Positions 15,257 through 27,910 of a DNA stretch of 64,000 nt are shown here, piece after piece (the first letter of the stretch is position 1; every line of letters begins with the position of its first letter). The position numbers were made by a program, and so were the translations under genes. Under the pieces are notes generated by a model. That model had not been told where the DNA came from, searched no databases, and saw only the letters and a list, made by a program, of their open reading frames with translations. Source of the stretch: the human T2T-CHM13v2.0 reference genome, Homo sapiens; assembly GCF_009914755.1 (NCBI RefSeq), contig NC_060929.1; one strand, 5' to 3'.

Positions 15257-15944
15257 TCAGTTGGTCAGGGCTTGACAAAACAATTCTGAATTTAGAAGAA
15301 AAAATATGCAAGAACAGCTGAGGAAATTTTGAAAAAAGGGAGTGATTGTCATTTTGCTATATCAGATATTACAAAGTTAGATAATACCAAATGTTGCAAA
15401 GTGGGGTGCAGGGAGAGAGGACTGAGGAAGAGCTGAGGGCGTTCTGAGTGTGGCACCGCCTTAATGATCTTGATGCATTTTACAAAGCTGTCAATTCAAT
15501 ACTGTGCAGCCAAAGTTTACTAAATGCCAGCCAAGTGTCAGGCAATGTCACACATAGAAGTGGGGAGATAGCCTCAGGCCCTACCCTCATGGAGCTTTCT
15601 GTCTGGGGGAAGTGATTCAAGAATGAACCATGAGTGAGACAGTCACTTCCAGAGGGAGCTTTGGGAGCACAGGGACAGTGGTCCCAGAAAATTGTCAGAA
15701 TAGGGAACAGACTCCACCCTCTCACTTCACCCAGGAAGTGCTTCCTGATGTCTATGGTGCCTGTCCTTTTACTGGCGGTGGGCTTGTCCAGTGAACTGGA
15801 AACTCAAGGAATGAGCTTGCCTCTGTATGGTGGGTGGTACACCGGCCCCTCAGTGAGGTGGCCAGCACCAGGGCTGGACACTGGCCTGTGCCTCAGCCCT
15901 GGCCTCTGATAGGAATCCTGCAGACCCACATGAATCGCATAGGG

Positions 15945-16075
15945 GCAGGTCGGGGGAGCCTGGTAAAGCACGATGCTGGGCTCACCCCCAGCGTCTGATT
16001 CCTAAGATCTGAGATGGGGCTGGAGGATGTGCATTTACCTAACAGGTTCCAAGGGAGACCCTGAGTCAGTGGTGA
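15945..16075. mobile_element. MER5A-like hAT-Charlie DNA element fragment
   Basis: gatgctgggctcacccccagcgtctgattcctaagatctgagatggggctggaggatgtgcatttacctaacaggttcc matches the MER5A core. Confidence 0.7.
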
Positions 16076-16499
16076 CTTGGAAGCTCTCCCAGACCAATTC
16101 AGGGCTAATTTTGAACCGAAGTGCATGCCAGTGTTCTAGAACAAAATGAAACCTGCCTGCAAGTCAAGGGTGTGGAATGAATCATTCCCTTAAAAATACA
16201 TGACTAAATGCAAGACACCTGGGTCTCCATTAGCAGGGGCGAAAAGATGGCTCACATGTGCTTAGAGTGAGATGCACCCTCTGCTGGTCTTGAGGTTTTT
16301 TTGAGCCAAAGCGGGTAAGATGACTCCTCACTGGCCTCCAGCCCTTCAGCAGGACTAAAGAGGGGGCCTCAGATCTGCCTGCTCCACCTCCGGTGCCCCT
16401 GTGTCTCCCCAGTTTTGCCCCAACTCTCTACTGGGGATCACTAGGCCTCTTCTCCTCCTGCGCCTTATCCCAGATCATGCCAATCTCCACTAGAAGCCT

Positions 16500-16800
16500 A
16501 GGCCTCTGGGGCATCCCTCCTCCCCAGAACCTTCTGTCGTGCCTTCTGGAACTCATGTTCTGTCATTAGCAACATCTCCCACATCCTCAGACTCTTCTAT
16601 GAGCACTCCTTCACCTTCTTGCTCTAGTGGAAACCTGGCTTCCTCCTGAGGACGCAGCTTCTCCTGCAGTGGCTTCAGGGGCGGCCCCTTCTCTTGGTAC
16701 CACTAGGGTGGGAGGTGGGGTAGGCGTCCTCCTGGGCCCACGTTGCCACTTCTAGATCATTCTCATGTCACACCCACCTCCTACCTAGACACCACCCCAG
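16500..16800 (+). mobile_element. LINE-2 ORF2 5' (AP-endonuclease) relic
   Basis: Conceptual translation gives FWNSCSVISNISHILRLF, frameshift, HLLALVETWLPPEDAASP and GGGVGVLL. These are the WN, ETW and GGGV motifs of L2/CR1 endonucleases. Confidence 0.7.
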
Positions 16801-17273
16801 CTCGGACATAGCTCCCACGCCTCTCACTCCTGCATCCTGGTCCCCTTTTCTACTGGATTTTTCCTGTTAGCCCACAGAATGCTTTTATTTCTCCTACCTT
16901 GGAAAAAAAAAAAAACCCTTCTCTTTATCCCAGTTTCTCTCTCAACTATGCCCCATTTTTCTCCTTGAAAACACCCTGAAGTGTTGTCCATACTCAAAGT
17001 TAGAGCCAGCTCTGGGCAGCTCCTACCCGTGCCAGAGCTCTGGATCCAGCCTCCCACCAGGAGGATGGAGCAGTGTGGACAGGGAGGGTCTACGTGGGTG
17101 TGTGAAGTTCCTGGGGCCCTGCCAGGAAAGGTGGAGACCAAGCTCTCTGCCAGCAATGTGGCAGAGACCCAACTCTTTCCTTTGGCCCTGATATCCTCTT
17201 TTGCTTTTGTGTTAATCCACACATTAAAAATAATGTGAAATTAATATATCCTAGGCACACACATTCATTTTCT

Positions 17274-17562
<289 letters not shown>

Positions 17563-19138
17563 TCATTTTCTCTTAAATTTGAAAATCTTCAAGTGAAAAT
17601 ATTTGCATCCATAACACAAAGGCCCGCTGTCTTTGGGAAACACCGACCATTCCCAATGTGAAAGGCAGCGTAAATAGATCCTTAAGAGGCACAGTCACGA
17701 AAGTAGCATGCGGGAGTAATAAACAGATTCAGGAGGTTATTATTGTGTTTTTGGGAATGAATCGCTACTTGTCTGAACTGTGGGGAGGTCAAGGGTGTTT
17801 TTAATTTAATGGATTAATCATTTATGTCTGATTTCTTTTTCCTTCCTATGAAAGCAATGCAAGAGGTTTACCCAAAGTTATAAATCACGTCAGTGCTCGG
17901 GCCGCATCTCTGGGAGGTCTGGGCTATGGGCAAGTTATACTAATAATTTGAGAGAGGAAGTAGTTGCTGGAATGGTTTCTTTAGTCAACCAAATTAGGGC
18001 AGAGTCATGGAAGGGGAAGTCCCAGAAGGTGGTGGCCCCGCCTGTGCATGGAATCTTGACCCCACTGCTGGCAGTGTGGCAGCTCCAGGGAGAAGCAGCC
18101 TATATTCTATTCTTGGCTTGAACGTTTTCTCTGGGTCTTGATTTTCCAAACTGTATAATGGGAAGGAGGCTCTCTGAGGGGCCCCCAGCTCTGACCATCT
18201 GTGTCCACCAAATATAGCTAAATTTGGCTTGAGTTACACCAACAATCACCCCCGTATCTACCCTACCTTGGACTGTGAACTACATCCTCTGCCAGGCATT
18301 TCCCAAGCATTATATACATATTCTATTTCATCAGACGAGGTTGAGGCAGCCAGCAGTGTGACCTAGAGGTCAGAGTATGGGGTCTGGATCCAGAGCAACA
18401 CCCAGCAGTTGTGTGACCCCAGGCAAGTGACCTTTTTTAGCAAATCATCCATGAACTGGATTAAGATACGTGGATGGGAAGGTCCATGTGAAGGGCTGAG
18501 TACAGGGACTGACCAAGGCAAGTCCTGGGAAAACCCTGGCTACTGTCATCAGGAGGCAGTGAATTCTTCAGTTTCTGGGACTCCTGGCAACACAGGGCCT
18601 GTGAGAATCAAGGAAAAGCTTCCAAGCCTCAGTTTCTGTCCTGGCTTGGCTAAGATGAGGCTCATTGGGCCTCCTGGGGAGGGAGACGGACACAAGCCCT
18701 TGTCGGAGGAAATAGAGCCTCCTAATTGAACAAGTGATATGGTTCCATACCACCTGGAAGGAGTGGTGGATTTCAGTTTCTGCTCGCACTAGACCCAGAG
18801 GCCACAGCGGCTCACCAGCACTGTGTTGCCTAAGGGGCATGCTCCATGCTCCACACTGTCTGTGGCAGCCCCAGCTGCTGAGCGTGACTGGCCTGAATGG
18901 CTCACGCCATGGCACTTGGATTTGTTTCACCTGTGGAGGCTTTGGGTGGAGCCAAATATGAAAATTGGTCAACAGACTTTGCCCTTTCCACACGGTTCCC
19001 CTTTACTTATAAGAGAGATGATATATTTTGGGGTTAGATATTTCTTTAAGAAGACAGAATACAGGAGGGGGCGAGGGTTGATCTGAGCAGCAGTTTGGGG
19101 AGGCTATGAGGGGACAACATGCATGGAGCCATTTACTA

Positions 19139-19294
<156 letters not shown>

Positions 19295-19659
19295 TTATTG
19301 AACGGGCTGGAAACCATAGCTGTCTCCTGGTTTTCCAGAAATCCTGCAGCTGGGAGAGAGTTCCTTTCTGCCTGGCCCTTGCTCAGCCAGAGCTGTCTGC
19401 AGGGGTGAGCCGTCCTGGGCAGCAGCAACCCCATCTTGCCTCCACATTGTGGGCCCAGACCTCTGCATCTGTTTAAGGCCTTGTGTACCTGGCCCCTCCT
19501 CCACGAGGCCCGGTTTGAACACATCCCCCAGCACACGCCCTCTCAATTTCAAGCAACTAGGCCCACGTGTCCCCCCATTTACCGGCTGCCTGCTTGATTC
19601 TCAGGGGTGTTGCTCACCTGATGAGCAGCTCTGTTTCCGGAGGCCAGGCCTTGTTTAGA

Positions 19660-19872
19660 GCGGGGGTTAGCTGACTTTCTTAAGGGGCTAGCGAGCAGAT
19701 ATTTTTGGCTTCATGGGTAGCACAGTTTCTGCCAAATACCCAACTCCGCCATTACAGCATGAAAATAGCCTTCAAGACACATAAATTAATGAACGTGGCT
19801 GTGTTCCACTGAAGTTTTATTTAAAGTTGGTGGCCTGGATTTGGCCCATGGGCTGCAGTTGGCCTGCCTATG
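19660..19872. mobile_element. MER58A-like hAT DNA element
   Basis: gatatttttggcttcatggg...caactccgccattacagcatgaaaatagcc...atgaacgtggctgtgttcca...gcctggatttggcccatgggctgcagttgg. Confidence 0.8.
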
Positions 19873-20399
19873 GTTTAGATCCCACCTCAATCCCAGCATG
19901 ATTTCAGGCTGCTTGCAGAGATCTTGGTAACCCAAGGGAAGGGAAATAGAACTAAAGGGAAAATGGGGCAAACAAAAAAACCAGGGCAGGAACATCAAAG
20001 AGCACTAGGAAGGGCGGATGCCCATGGGTTCCACAGGAAATGGCTCAATAAGCCTCAGCACTGTCATCTCTGCAGCCTCACACGATGGGGTCTTACTGGG
20101 CCAGTGCACAGAGGAGGGATGGGCAGGAGGGGCTTTTGGCTGCATCAGAGTCCCCTGATGAGCACTGGGCACCAAGCACTTGCCCAGTCAGCTGCATTCC
20201 CTTTTGCAGACCTGTGCCCAATGCTGGCCCTTCCAGGCACCAACTACAGACATGCCAGGAATTGGAATTACCCGTTTTCTACAGAGAGCCCTCATCAGGT
20301 TGGGCCTTGGCTACCAAACATTTCCCAGGATATGGTGCTCAGAGCTGATGGTACAGAGAAGGCCCAGGCTCACTAATGAGCAAGGGGGTTGTGCACTGT

Positions 20400-20590
20400 C
20401 ATCTGTGGGGAGTGATGGGAACTCAGGACATCCAGGATTTAGCTTGAGCTCTGCCATTGACCAATGTACCCAGTCTCTCTGGGCACTGGCTTCTCCACCT
20501 GTAAATTGTGGACAATATATACGGCCTGCCTGCCTTATGTGGTGTTGGGAGATCCGGTGAGAAAATGCATGTGAGTGTATTTTTGAATGT
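20400..20590 (-). mobile_element. MIR SINE
   Basis: caggatttagcttgagctctgccattgaccaatgtacccagtctctctgggcactggcttctccacctgtaaattgtggacaata. Confidence 0.65.
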
Positions 20591-20905
20591 GGGATGCATG
20601 ATATACACAGGGGATGTTATTTTTCTTGTTATTATTAGCAGAAGATGCAAAACTCCTCTTGACCCCTGGAGAAAACACCAAATCATCCCTCCTGCCTTTC
20701 CCTGGCCCTTTCTGAGCTCCCTTTTCCCACAGAAGCATTCTGGTGGCAGGAGAGAAGGCCGTGGTGGCATGAGGGCTAAAAGCAGCTGAGGGCAGCTCCC
20801 TGGGTCCTCCGCTGATACTCATGTGAGCTCCTGTTCCTGAAATGCTGATGTTCTCTCTTGCTAACACTCCAGAGGGCCCGGCCACAATGGTCCCGAAACC
20901 CCTTA

Positions 20906-21450
<545 letters not shown>

Positions 21451-24243
21451 TCAAAGAGCCCTTTTCTACCATTCTGCGGAAGCCTCCATGATAAAATAAA
21501 ACACCAGATAGCTGATTTGTCCTGTATCATAAGAGTCATAAAAGGTTCATATCTAAGTTGTTTATGAAAAGTTAATGACTAGTCAATTCTGGGACCGACA
21601 TATTTCTAGTCTAAGCTGTTTCCTGTGTCAAAACTTAAGTCTGGAGGAAAATCTGTTTAGCTTGGAGTCTCAGTGGTGAGATGGCATCCTGAAATGGTAC
21701 AGCCATTTCAAAGGGAAAAGGGTGGCAGGGCTTGGAAACTCCTCAGCGTCCCAGTTGGTGGGTCCCAGGGCAGACACCATCCGAGAGGGCAAAAACCAGA
21801 GCTGCTTGCAGGGAGCCTGGCGCTGTGGACCTGCTGGCATTTTCCCTCCAAACTGCCTTCCTGAGCCTTCACATCCACAGCCCCTTCTCATGATGGCCCT
21901 TGAAGCTGGCCTCAGGCTCTGGCAGGCCCTGCCCTCATCACCACCTGTGTGGTGGTGTTTAGTCATCAGCACCACCACATTCCTCAGGTTGAGATGGGCC
22001 CTGGGCTCTGAGGGCTGTCCCAAGGCCACTGTTCCCAGATATCAACCTCAGGTTGATACCCATTAATACCAACATACGGTCTTCAAGAGGTTACCGTGTG
22101 CCGGGAACTTACACGTCACCTTGTATGTATTTAATCCTCAGGAAAAAAAAAACCCTGAAAACCCCAATCCAGAAAACAAAACAAAAGCCCAGTTCCCCAG
22201 GGGCTGAGACACTAGGCTCTCCTTGCAGATTCATTCAGAGTGGGGTCTTCTCTCACCACCTCCATCGCTCCTGCTCTGGCCAGCTGCCACCTTCCTGGGT
22301 GATGCCAGGGACCCCGGCTTCCGGCCCACAGACTCTGCCCTGAGCCAGCCACATCACGCCCCTCATACTCAGAGCCTTGTTTGCTGGGGGCCAGCCCCTC
22401 TCAGACCCTACTGCCTCGCACACTCCCCTTGCTGTTGCTCTAGTGTGCCAGGCATGCTCCCCTCCTCCCAGGCTGTCTGTCTGTCTCCCTCTCCTGCAAG
22501 TCTGCTCCAACCTTGTCTGGCAGCCCCATTTCTGGAGCCTAACCTCTTCCCCACACCCTGCTTGGCGCCTCCTGTGGACGCACTGCTGTGCCGCCTGCTG
22601 CTTTCTGTACTTACCTTGTTTGCTGTCTGTCTTCCCCTGCAGAATGTGAGCTCTGCAGAGGAGGGCAGGGAGGCTTGTGCCCTGTGTGCCTGTCACAGTC
22701 CTGGTGCACAGTGGGCCCTCAAAAAATAGCTGTCGAGGGGACTGTACAGGGCACCGAGCTAGGCTTTCTGAGGGGATTCTTTTAGTTTGACAGCCGAGGT
22801 GCCCACCTGCCTTCCTGTCCACTCAAATATTACCCAGCCACACAGGCTCAAAATGAGGCAGCTGGCGGGAGGAGCAGAGCACTGGTCTCAAGTCTCGTCC
22901 CCACTTCCCCACTTGTCCCCTTCTCCGTCCTGCAGCCCTCGGGAGAACTCGAGGCTCTTTTGCACTCCTCAGGCTGGGGCACGCTGGAATTGACCAAAGC
23001 TCAGAGCAGCAGGAAGAGATGGAAAAGCCCATCACGCATGGATTCCCACCCGCTACTGATGACTTGTGCTGTGCCTCCAACACAGTCATTTAACCTCACT
23101 GTCTGTTTCTTTCCTGCTTACCAAGTACACATCCCTGCTCCCCAGGAGCAGAGACTTAACTCTTGGGCAATCACTCAGGTGCTGAGGGGGGTGTGTGTCA
23201 GCCCTTGGAGGACTTGAGGGGCTCCTGGGTGTGTTATGGCTCTTCCATGAGAACCTAAGCATTACCTGTCTGTGGCTTCAGCTCGGAGGAGAAGCTGACT
23301 CTGTAATAAGTAAAATAACGTCTCTGGGTGAAAATGATAGGCATCATATAATTACAGAACAAAGCGCATATTGTTTTCTGGATATGAATACTGGCTACAG
23401 AAATCAAATTTACCTCATTGGATGTGAGAAGAGAAAATTACTTTAACAATTGATTTATAAGAAGCTACATAAAACTAAGCCTGCAATCCTTCCTCTCCTG
23501 AATGTTCTTTGAGATGCATCTGAATACTGCTATCAACGCTTGATTGCATCTCTGTACTTGTCTCTTTATGGATGGCTTTTTTTTTTTTTGCTCTGATGCA
23601 TAGAACTGTATTAGCAAAATCAAGGTTCCTTACAGAAATAAACAGATGTCAGATTAGACCATTCTTTGTATTGATGCATATCTGTTTTCTGGGAAAGAGA
23701 CAATTTTAAAGACATGGTTCTCACCTTTTAAAAAGCGATTTTCTAAGTATCTGCCCTTAATAAAGAACACAATTAAATGAGACTTAAGTATTAAACAATA
23801 GTTAAGCAGAGATGAGATGGGGGATGTTGTCATAGTGATCCATGGGAGTCAGGTATATATGGAAATGAGTCATCAATACTGAATATTTAGAGACTAAATG
23901 TTCAACGCAAGGACTCCAGAGTAATATTAGAGTTTAGGTTAATGATACTGTCAATGTTACAAGTTCAGACTCAGTTGAGAAACAATTATTCAGAGCTTTT
24001 CCGACATTGCCCTCCTCAGGAGCACCCCTGGTTCTCTTTGTGGGAGGAGGGAGCAAAGGGGGGGTCTCTCCCCCAACAATCCTTCAATTCTGGCCCCCAG
24101 AATGCCACTAACTGTAGCATCTCACCTGCACAGTCAAATGCAGCAAACTTAAACACAGAGTGACATGTGGTGCCTCGGTGATGGCCATTCCTCGAACACG
24201 TCTAGACTTCCCTGGCCCTTATCCAGACCAAGCCAGGACCACA

Positions 24244-24450
24244 TGCACATGTGGGTGAGCACACACAGGCATCCACATGGACACATGCAGTACATGCGAG
24301 TGTGCACATGTGGGTGAGCACACACAGGCATCCACATGGACACATGCAGTACATGCGAGTGTGCACACATGGGGGAGGGAGCGCACCCAAACATCTACAT
24401 GGACACGTGGTACACATGATGATGTACACGCATGAGTGCACACACGTACC
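24244..24450. repeat. 59-bp minisatellite (2 identical copies plus a degenerate third), CA/TG-rich
   Basis: tgcacatgtgggtgagcacacacaggcatccacatggacacatgcagtacatgcgagtg at 24244 and 24303. Confidence 0.9.
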
Positions 24451-24531
24451 AACATACTGGCTCCCTAGTGCTGACCTTCCCGACCAACACTGAGGTTACG
24501 GCGACATTCACTTCATTCTAGTCCCTCATAG

Positions 24532-26022
24532 TGAGAGATGACAGCATGCTGGCAGCCCTCGCAGCCCTTGCTCGCTCTCGGAGCCTCCTCCGCCTTGGTT
24601 CCCACTCTGGCCATGCTTGAGGAGCCCTTCAGCCTGCCGCTGCACTGTGGGAGCCCCTTTCTGGGCTGGCCAAGGCGGGAACTGGCTCCCTCAGCTTGCC
24701 GGGAGGTGTGGAGAGGCGCGGGCGGGAACCGGGGCTGTGCGAGGGGCTTGTGGGCCAGCGTGAGTTTCGGGTGGGCATGGGCTCGGCGGGCCCCGCACTC
24801 GGAGTGGCTGCCAGCCGGCAAGCCCCGGGCAGTGAGGGGCTTAGCACCTGGGCCAGCAGCTGCTGCGCTGGATTTCTTGCCGGGCCTTAGCTGCCTCCCT
24901 ACGGGGCAAGGCTCAGGATCTGCAGCCCGCCATGCCTGAGCCTCCCCCACCCCCACCCCCCTCCCTGCCAACGTGGGCTCCTGCGCAGCCTGAGCCTCCC
25001 AGAAGAGCACCGCTCCCTGCTCCAGGGCGCCCAGTCCCATCAACCACCCAAGGGCTGAGGAGTGCCGGCGCACGGCACGGGACTGGCAGGCAGCTCCACC
25101 TGCAGACCTGGTGCAGGATCCACTGGGTGAAGCCAGCTGGGCTCCTGAGTCTGGTGGGGACTTGGAGAACCTTTATGTCTAGCTAAGGGATTGTAAATAC
25201 ACCAATCAGCACTCTGTCTCTAGCTCAAGGTTTGTCAACACACGAATCAGCACCCTGTGTCTAGCTCATGGTTTGTGAATGCACCATTCGGCACTCTGTA
25301 TCTAGTTATTCTGGTGGGGACTTGGAGAACCTTTATGTCTAGCTAAGGGATTGTAAATACACCAATCAGCACTCTGTATCTAGCTCAAGGTTTGTAAACC
25401 CACCAATCAGCACCCTGTGTCTAGCTCAGGGTTTGTGAATGCACCAATCGGCACTCTGTATCTAGATACTCTGGTGGGGACTTGGAGAAACTTTGTGTGG
25501 ACACTCTGTATCTAGCTAATCTAGTGGGGACCGTGGAGAACTTTTGTGTCTAGCTCAGGGATTATAAACGCACCAATCAGCACCCTGTCAAAACGGACCA
25601 ATCAGCTCTCTGTAAAACAGACCAATCGGCTCTCTGTAAAATGGACCAATCAGCAGGATGTGGGTGGGGCCAGATAAGAGAATAAAAGCAGACCTCCGGA
25701 GCCAGAAGTGGCAACACGCTGGGATTCCTTTCCACGCAGTGGAAGCTTTGTTCTTTTGCTCTTTGCAATAAATGCTGCTGCTCACTCTTTAGGTTTACAC
25801 TGACTTTATCAGCTGCAACACTCACCCTGAAGGTCTGCAGCTGCACTTCTGAAGCCAGCGAGACCACGAACCCACCAGAAGGAAGAAACTCCAAACGCAT
25901 CCGAGCATCAGAAGGAACAAACTCTGGACACGCTGCCTTTAAGAACTGTGACACTCACTGCGAGGGTCCGCGGCTTCATTCTTGAAGTCAGTGAGACCAA
26001 GAACCCACCAATTCCGGACATA
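24532..26022 (+). mobile_element. Solo LTR of ERV9 (LTR12 family, LTR12C-like), about 1.49 kb, antisense to FSTL4
   Basis: Begins tgagagatgacagcatgctggcagccctcgcagcc and ends gaacccaccaattccggacata. 4-bp TSD ATAG at 24528-24531 and 26023-26026. GC-rich 5' part and CCAAT-containing tandem repeats in U3. Confidence 0.95.
25150..25720 (+). promoter_or_regulatory. LTR12 U3 enhancer/promoter: NF-Y CCAAT array, GATA site and TATA-like box
   Basis: 160-bp higher-order repeat starting at 25150, 25310 and 25470. Eight CCAAT boxes between about 25202 and 25650. AGATAA at 25672 followed by AATAAAA at 25681. LTR poly(A) signal AATAAA at 25767. Confidence 0.8.
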
Positions 26023-26380
26023 ATAGACGGACTTGCCATCCTGCAAAGACCTGAGGAACCATCCTTTTTCTCAGAGTCCTCTCAAGAAAAAGAAGTCTCT
26101 GCAACTTGGAGCAATCTCTAAGTAGCTGTCTGAGCCCCCTGGAAGAGGGCTGTTGTGGGCAGCTGCATTCAGTGTGAGCAACCTGGAGTGGGCCTGTCCT
26201 CCTGCTCGTTCCCAGGTTCAGGCCTGGAAGAGGGAGTTGGAGGCATGAGAGAAGCCACTGTGGGGAGAGCACCTGGTTCTTCCAAGGCTCGGGGCATGTG
26301 TGGTCCCTGGCTGACTTGGGTGTCCTCTGGTGTGTGCGGTCAGTCTTCTTCTGACTGTGGATGCCAAAGGGGAGGCCCTT

Positions 26381-26437
26381 ATCTCTTAGCGCATGACTCA
26401 TCTCTTCGCGCATGACTCATCTCTTTGTGCATGACTG
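26381..26437. repeat. 19-bp tandem repeat x3 containing two ATGACTCAT (AP-1) sites
   Basis: atctcttagcgcatgactc / atctcttcgcgcatgactc / atctctttgtgcatgactg. Confidence 0.9.
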
Positions 26438-26544
26438 TATTATTCTCAGCGTGTCATGTGGTTCCTGTGCATAACTGAGCTCAATGAATATTTGCTGATT
26501 TCAGGGAGTGTGTTAGCCTAGGATGCTACCTCCTGGGAAGCCCT

Positions 26545-27075
26545 GAGAGGAAGGATAGTTAAGAATTCATATTACCCAGGGAGGTCTGGCCTTGCCCTCT
26601 TTGGCTACAGGGAGGCAATCTCTAGGCTCTGGAATGTCATGCCTCATAGGGGTCTCTTTATTTGCCTGGGGTCTTTGGGCCAGGTGGTACCAGTTCTGTC
26701 TCTAGAGGGGCTGGGGACGAGAGGGCAGCCATGTGGGCAGTATTTGAATGAGCTCCAGCAAAAGCTTTGGACACCGAGGCCTGGGTGAGCTTCTCTGGGA
26801 AATTGACACTGTGACAGTGACATGTCTGTGACTCCACTGGGAGAGGAGAACAGAGATTCCACGTTTAGAGCCCTCCTGGGCTCTGCCCTTTGGGCTTCAT
26901 CACTTGGCTGACTTTAATCTGTACTCTTTTTGCTGTATTAAACTTTAACTGTGAGTATAACACTTACAATGAGTTCTGTTTTTCCAGCAAATTGTTGAAC
27001 CTGAGGGTGGTTTTGGGAACCACCTGACTTCCAGTTTATGTCAGAAGTGAGGGTGTCTTCTGTCGAAGAGCCAAC
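26545..27075 (+). mobile_element. MER21-like LTR
   Basis: gaggtctggccttgccctctttggctacagggaggcaatctctaggctctggaatgtcatgcctcataggggtctctttatttgcctgggg...gttgaacctgagggtggttttgggaacc...gtcagaagtgagggtg. Confidence 0.7.
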
Positions 27076-27709
27076 TTCAGTTGGCTCAAAAACTCAAATA
27101 GGGAAGTTCTGACCTAGTGGTATGCGTGTTGAAATTGCGTATAGGGACAAACCTGATTATCTGGGTATACACAGAGGCCCAGGCACCTGCAACAGAAGGC
27201 TCATGCCAGAGACATTGCTCTGAGCCCTCCACTTGTCCACCCTTAGAGGCCAGCAGGCAAATACCTCTTGACATGCCAGGACTCCAGAGTGTTATGTAGT
27301 AGGGGTGGCAGCTAATGGGGCCCTCTGGTGAGGTGCAGGCCTGAGCCCTTGAATGGGGCTTTGGCTCCTTGGCTAATTAGCTTGGCATCCCCAGCTGGGG
27401 CGGGAAGGGACTCAGGTTCTAGACTGCACTGTAGCAGTCATCTGAAGTTCCAGACCACCTCACACCTGCTGCTTTCCTTTGGGAAACCTGCAACCCTCTT
27501 CCTGGGGATCCTTGGATCCTGAATCCCCAGGCTGAGAAGGCCTTACCAAGGGTTTCAGCTCCTGACTCTAACTTGGACCACACTCACAGCCATGACAGCT
27601 GATTCCTGTCGTTGAGACACTCCAGAGAGGATTTAAATAAATTTCCTTCTATGGCTCATTTCAGGGACCAAGACGACTTTCAGTTAGGAATTTCCTCCTG
27701 ACACTGTGT

Positions 27710-27910
27710 TCAAAACTCTTACACATTGTTGGAGAGGGCGTAGACTGGTGCAGCCATTTTGGAGAGAGATTTGGCAAAACCCATCAAAACTGAAAATGCA
27801 TCACTTCCGAGAACTTATCTTACACGTCAACTTACACACATGTGCAAAGAGGTGGGTATAAGGATGTTTACTGCAGTCTTGTTTGCTGTAGACAAAACCT
27901 GAAACAGCTG
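27710..27910 (+). mobile_element. Old L1 3' fragment (L1ME-like)
   Basis: actcttacacattgttggagagggcgtagactggtgcagccattttggagag...aaggatgtttactgcagtcttgtttgc. Confidence 0.65.

Noticed and set aside
22223-22822. Opposing 168-aa and 189-aa ORFs
   Set aside because: They overlap a pyrimidine-rich L2 3' relic, have low-complexity composition and show no protein similarity I recognise.
24513-25186. Overlapping long ORFs (186 aa minus, 133 aa plus)
   Set aside because: They lie within the GC-rich part of the LTR, where stop codons are scarce; there are no retroviral or cellular protein motifs.
25150-25660. Regularly spaced 40-bp-scale repeats that look superficially like a CRISPR array
   Set aside because: They are the standard U3 tandem repeats of LTR12/ERV9. 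There are no unique spacers or cas genes, and the context is a primate intron.
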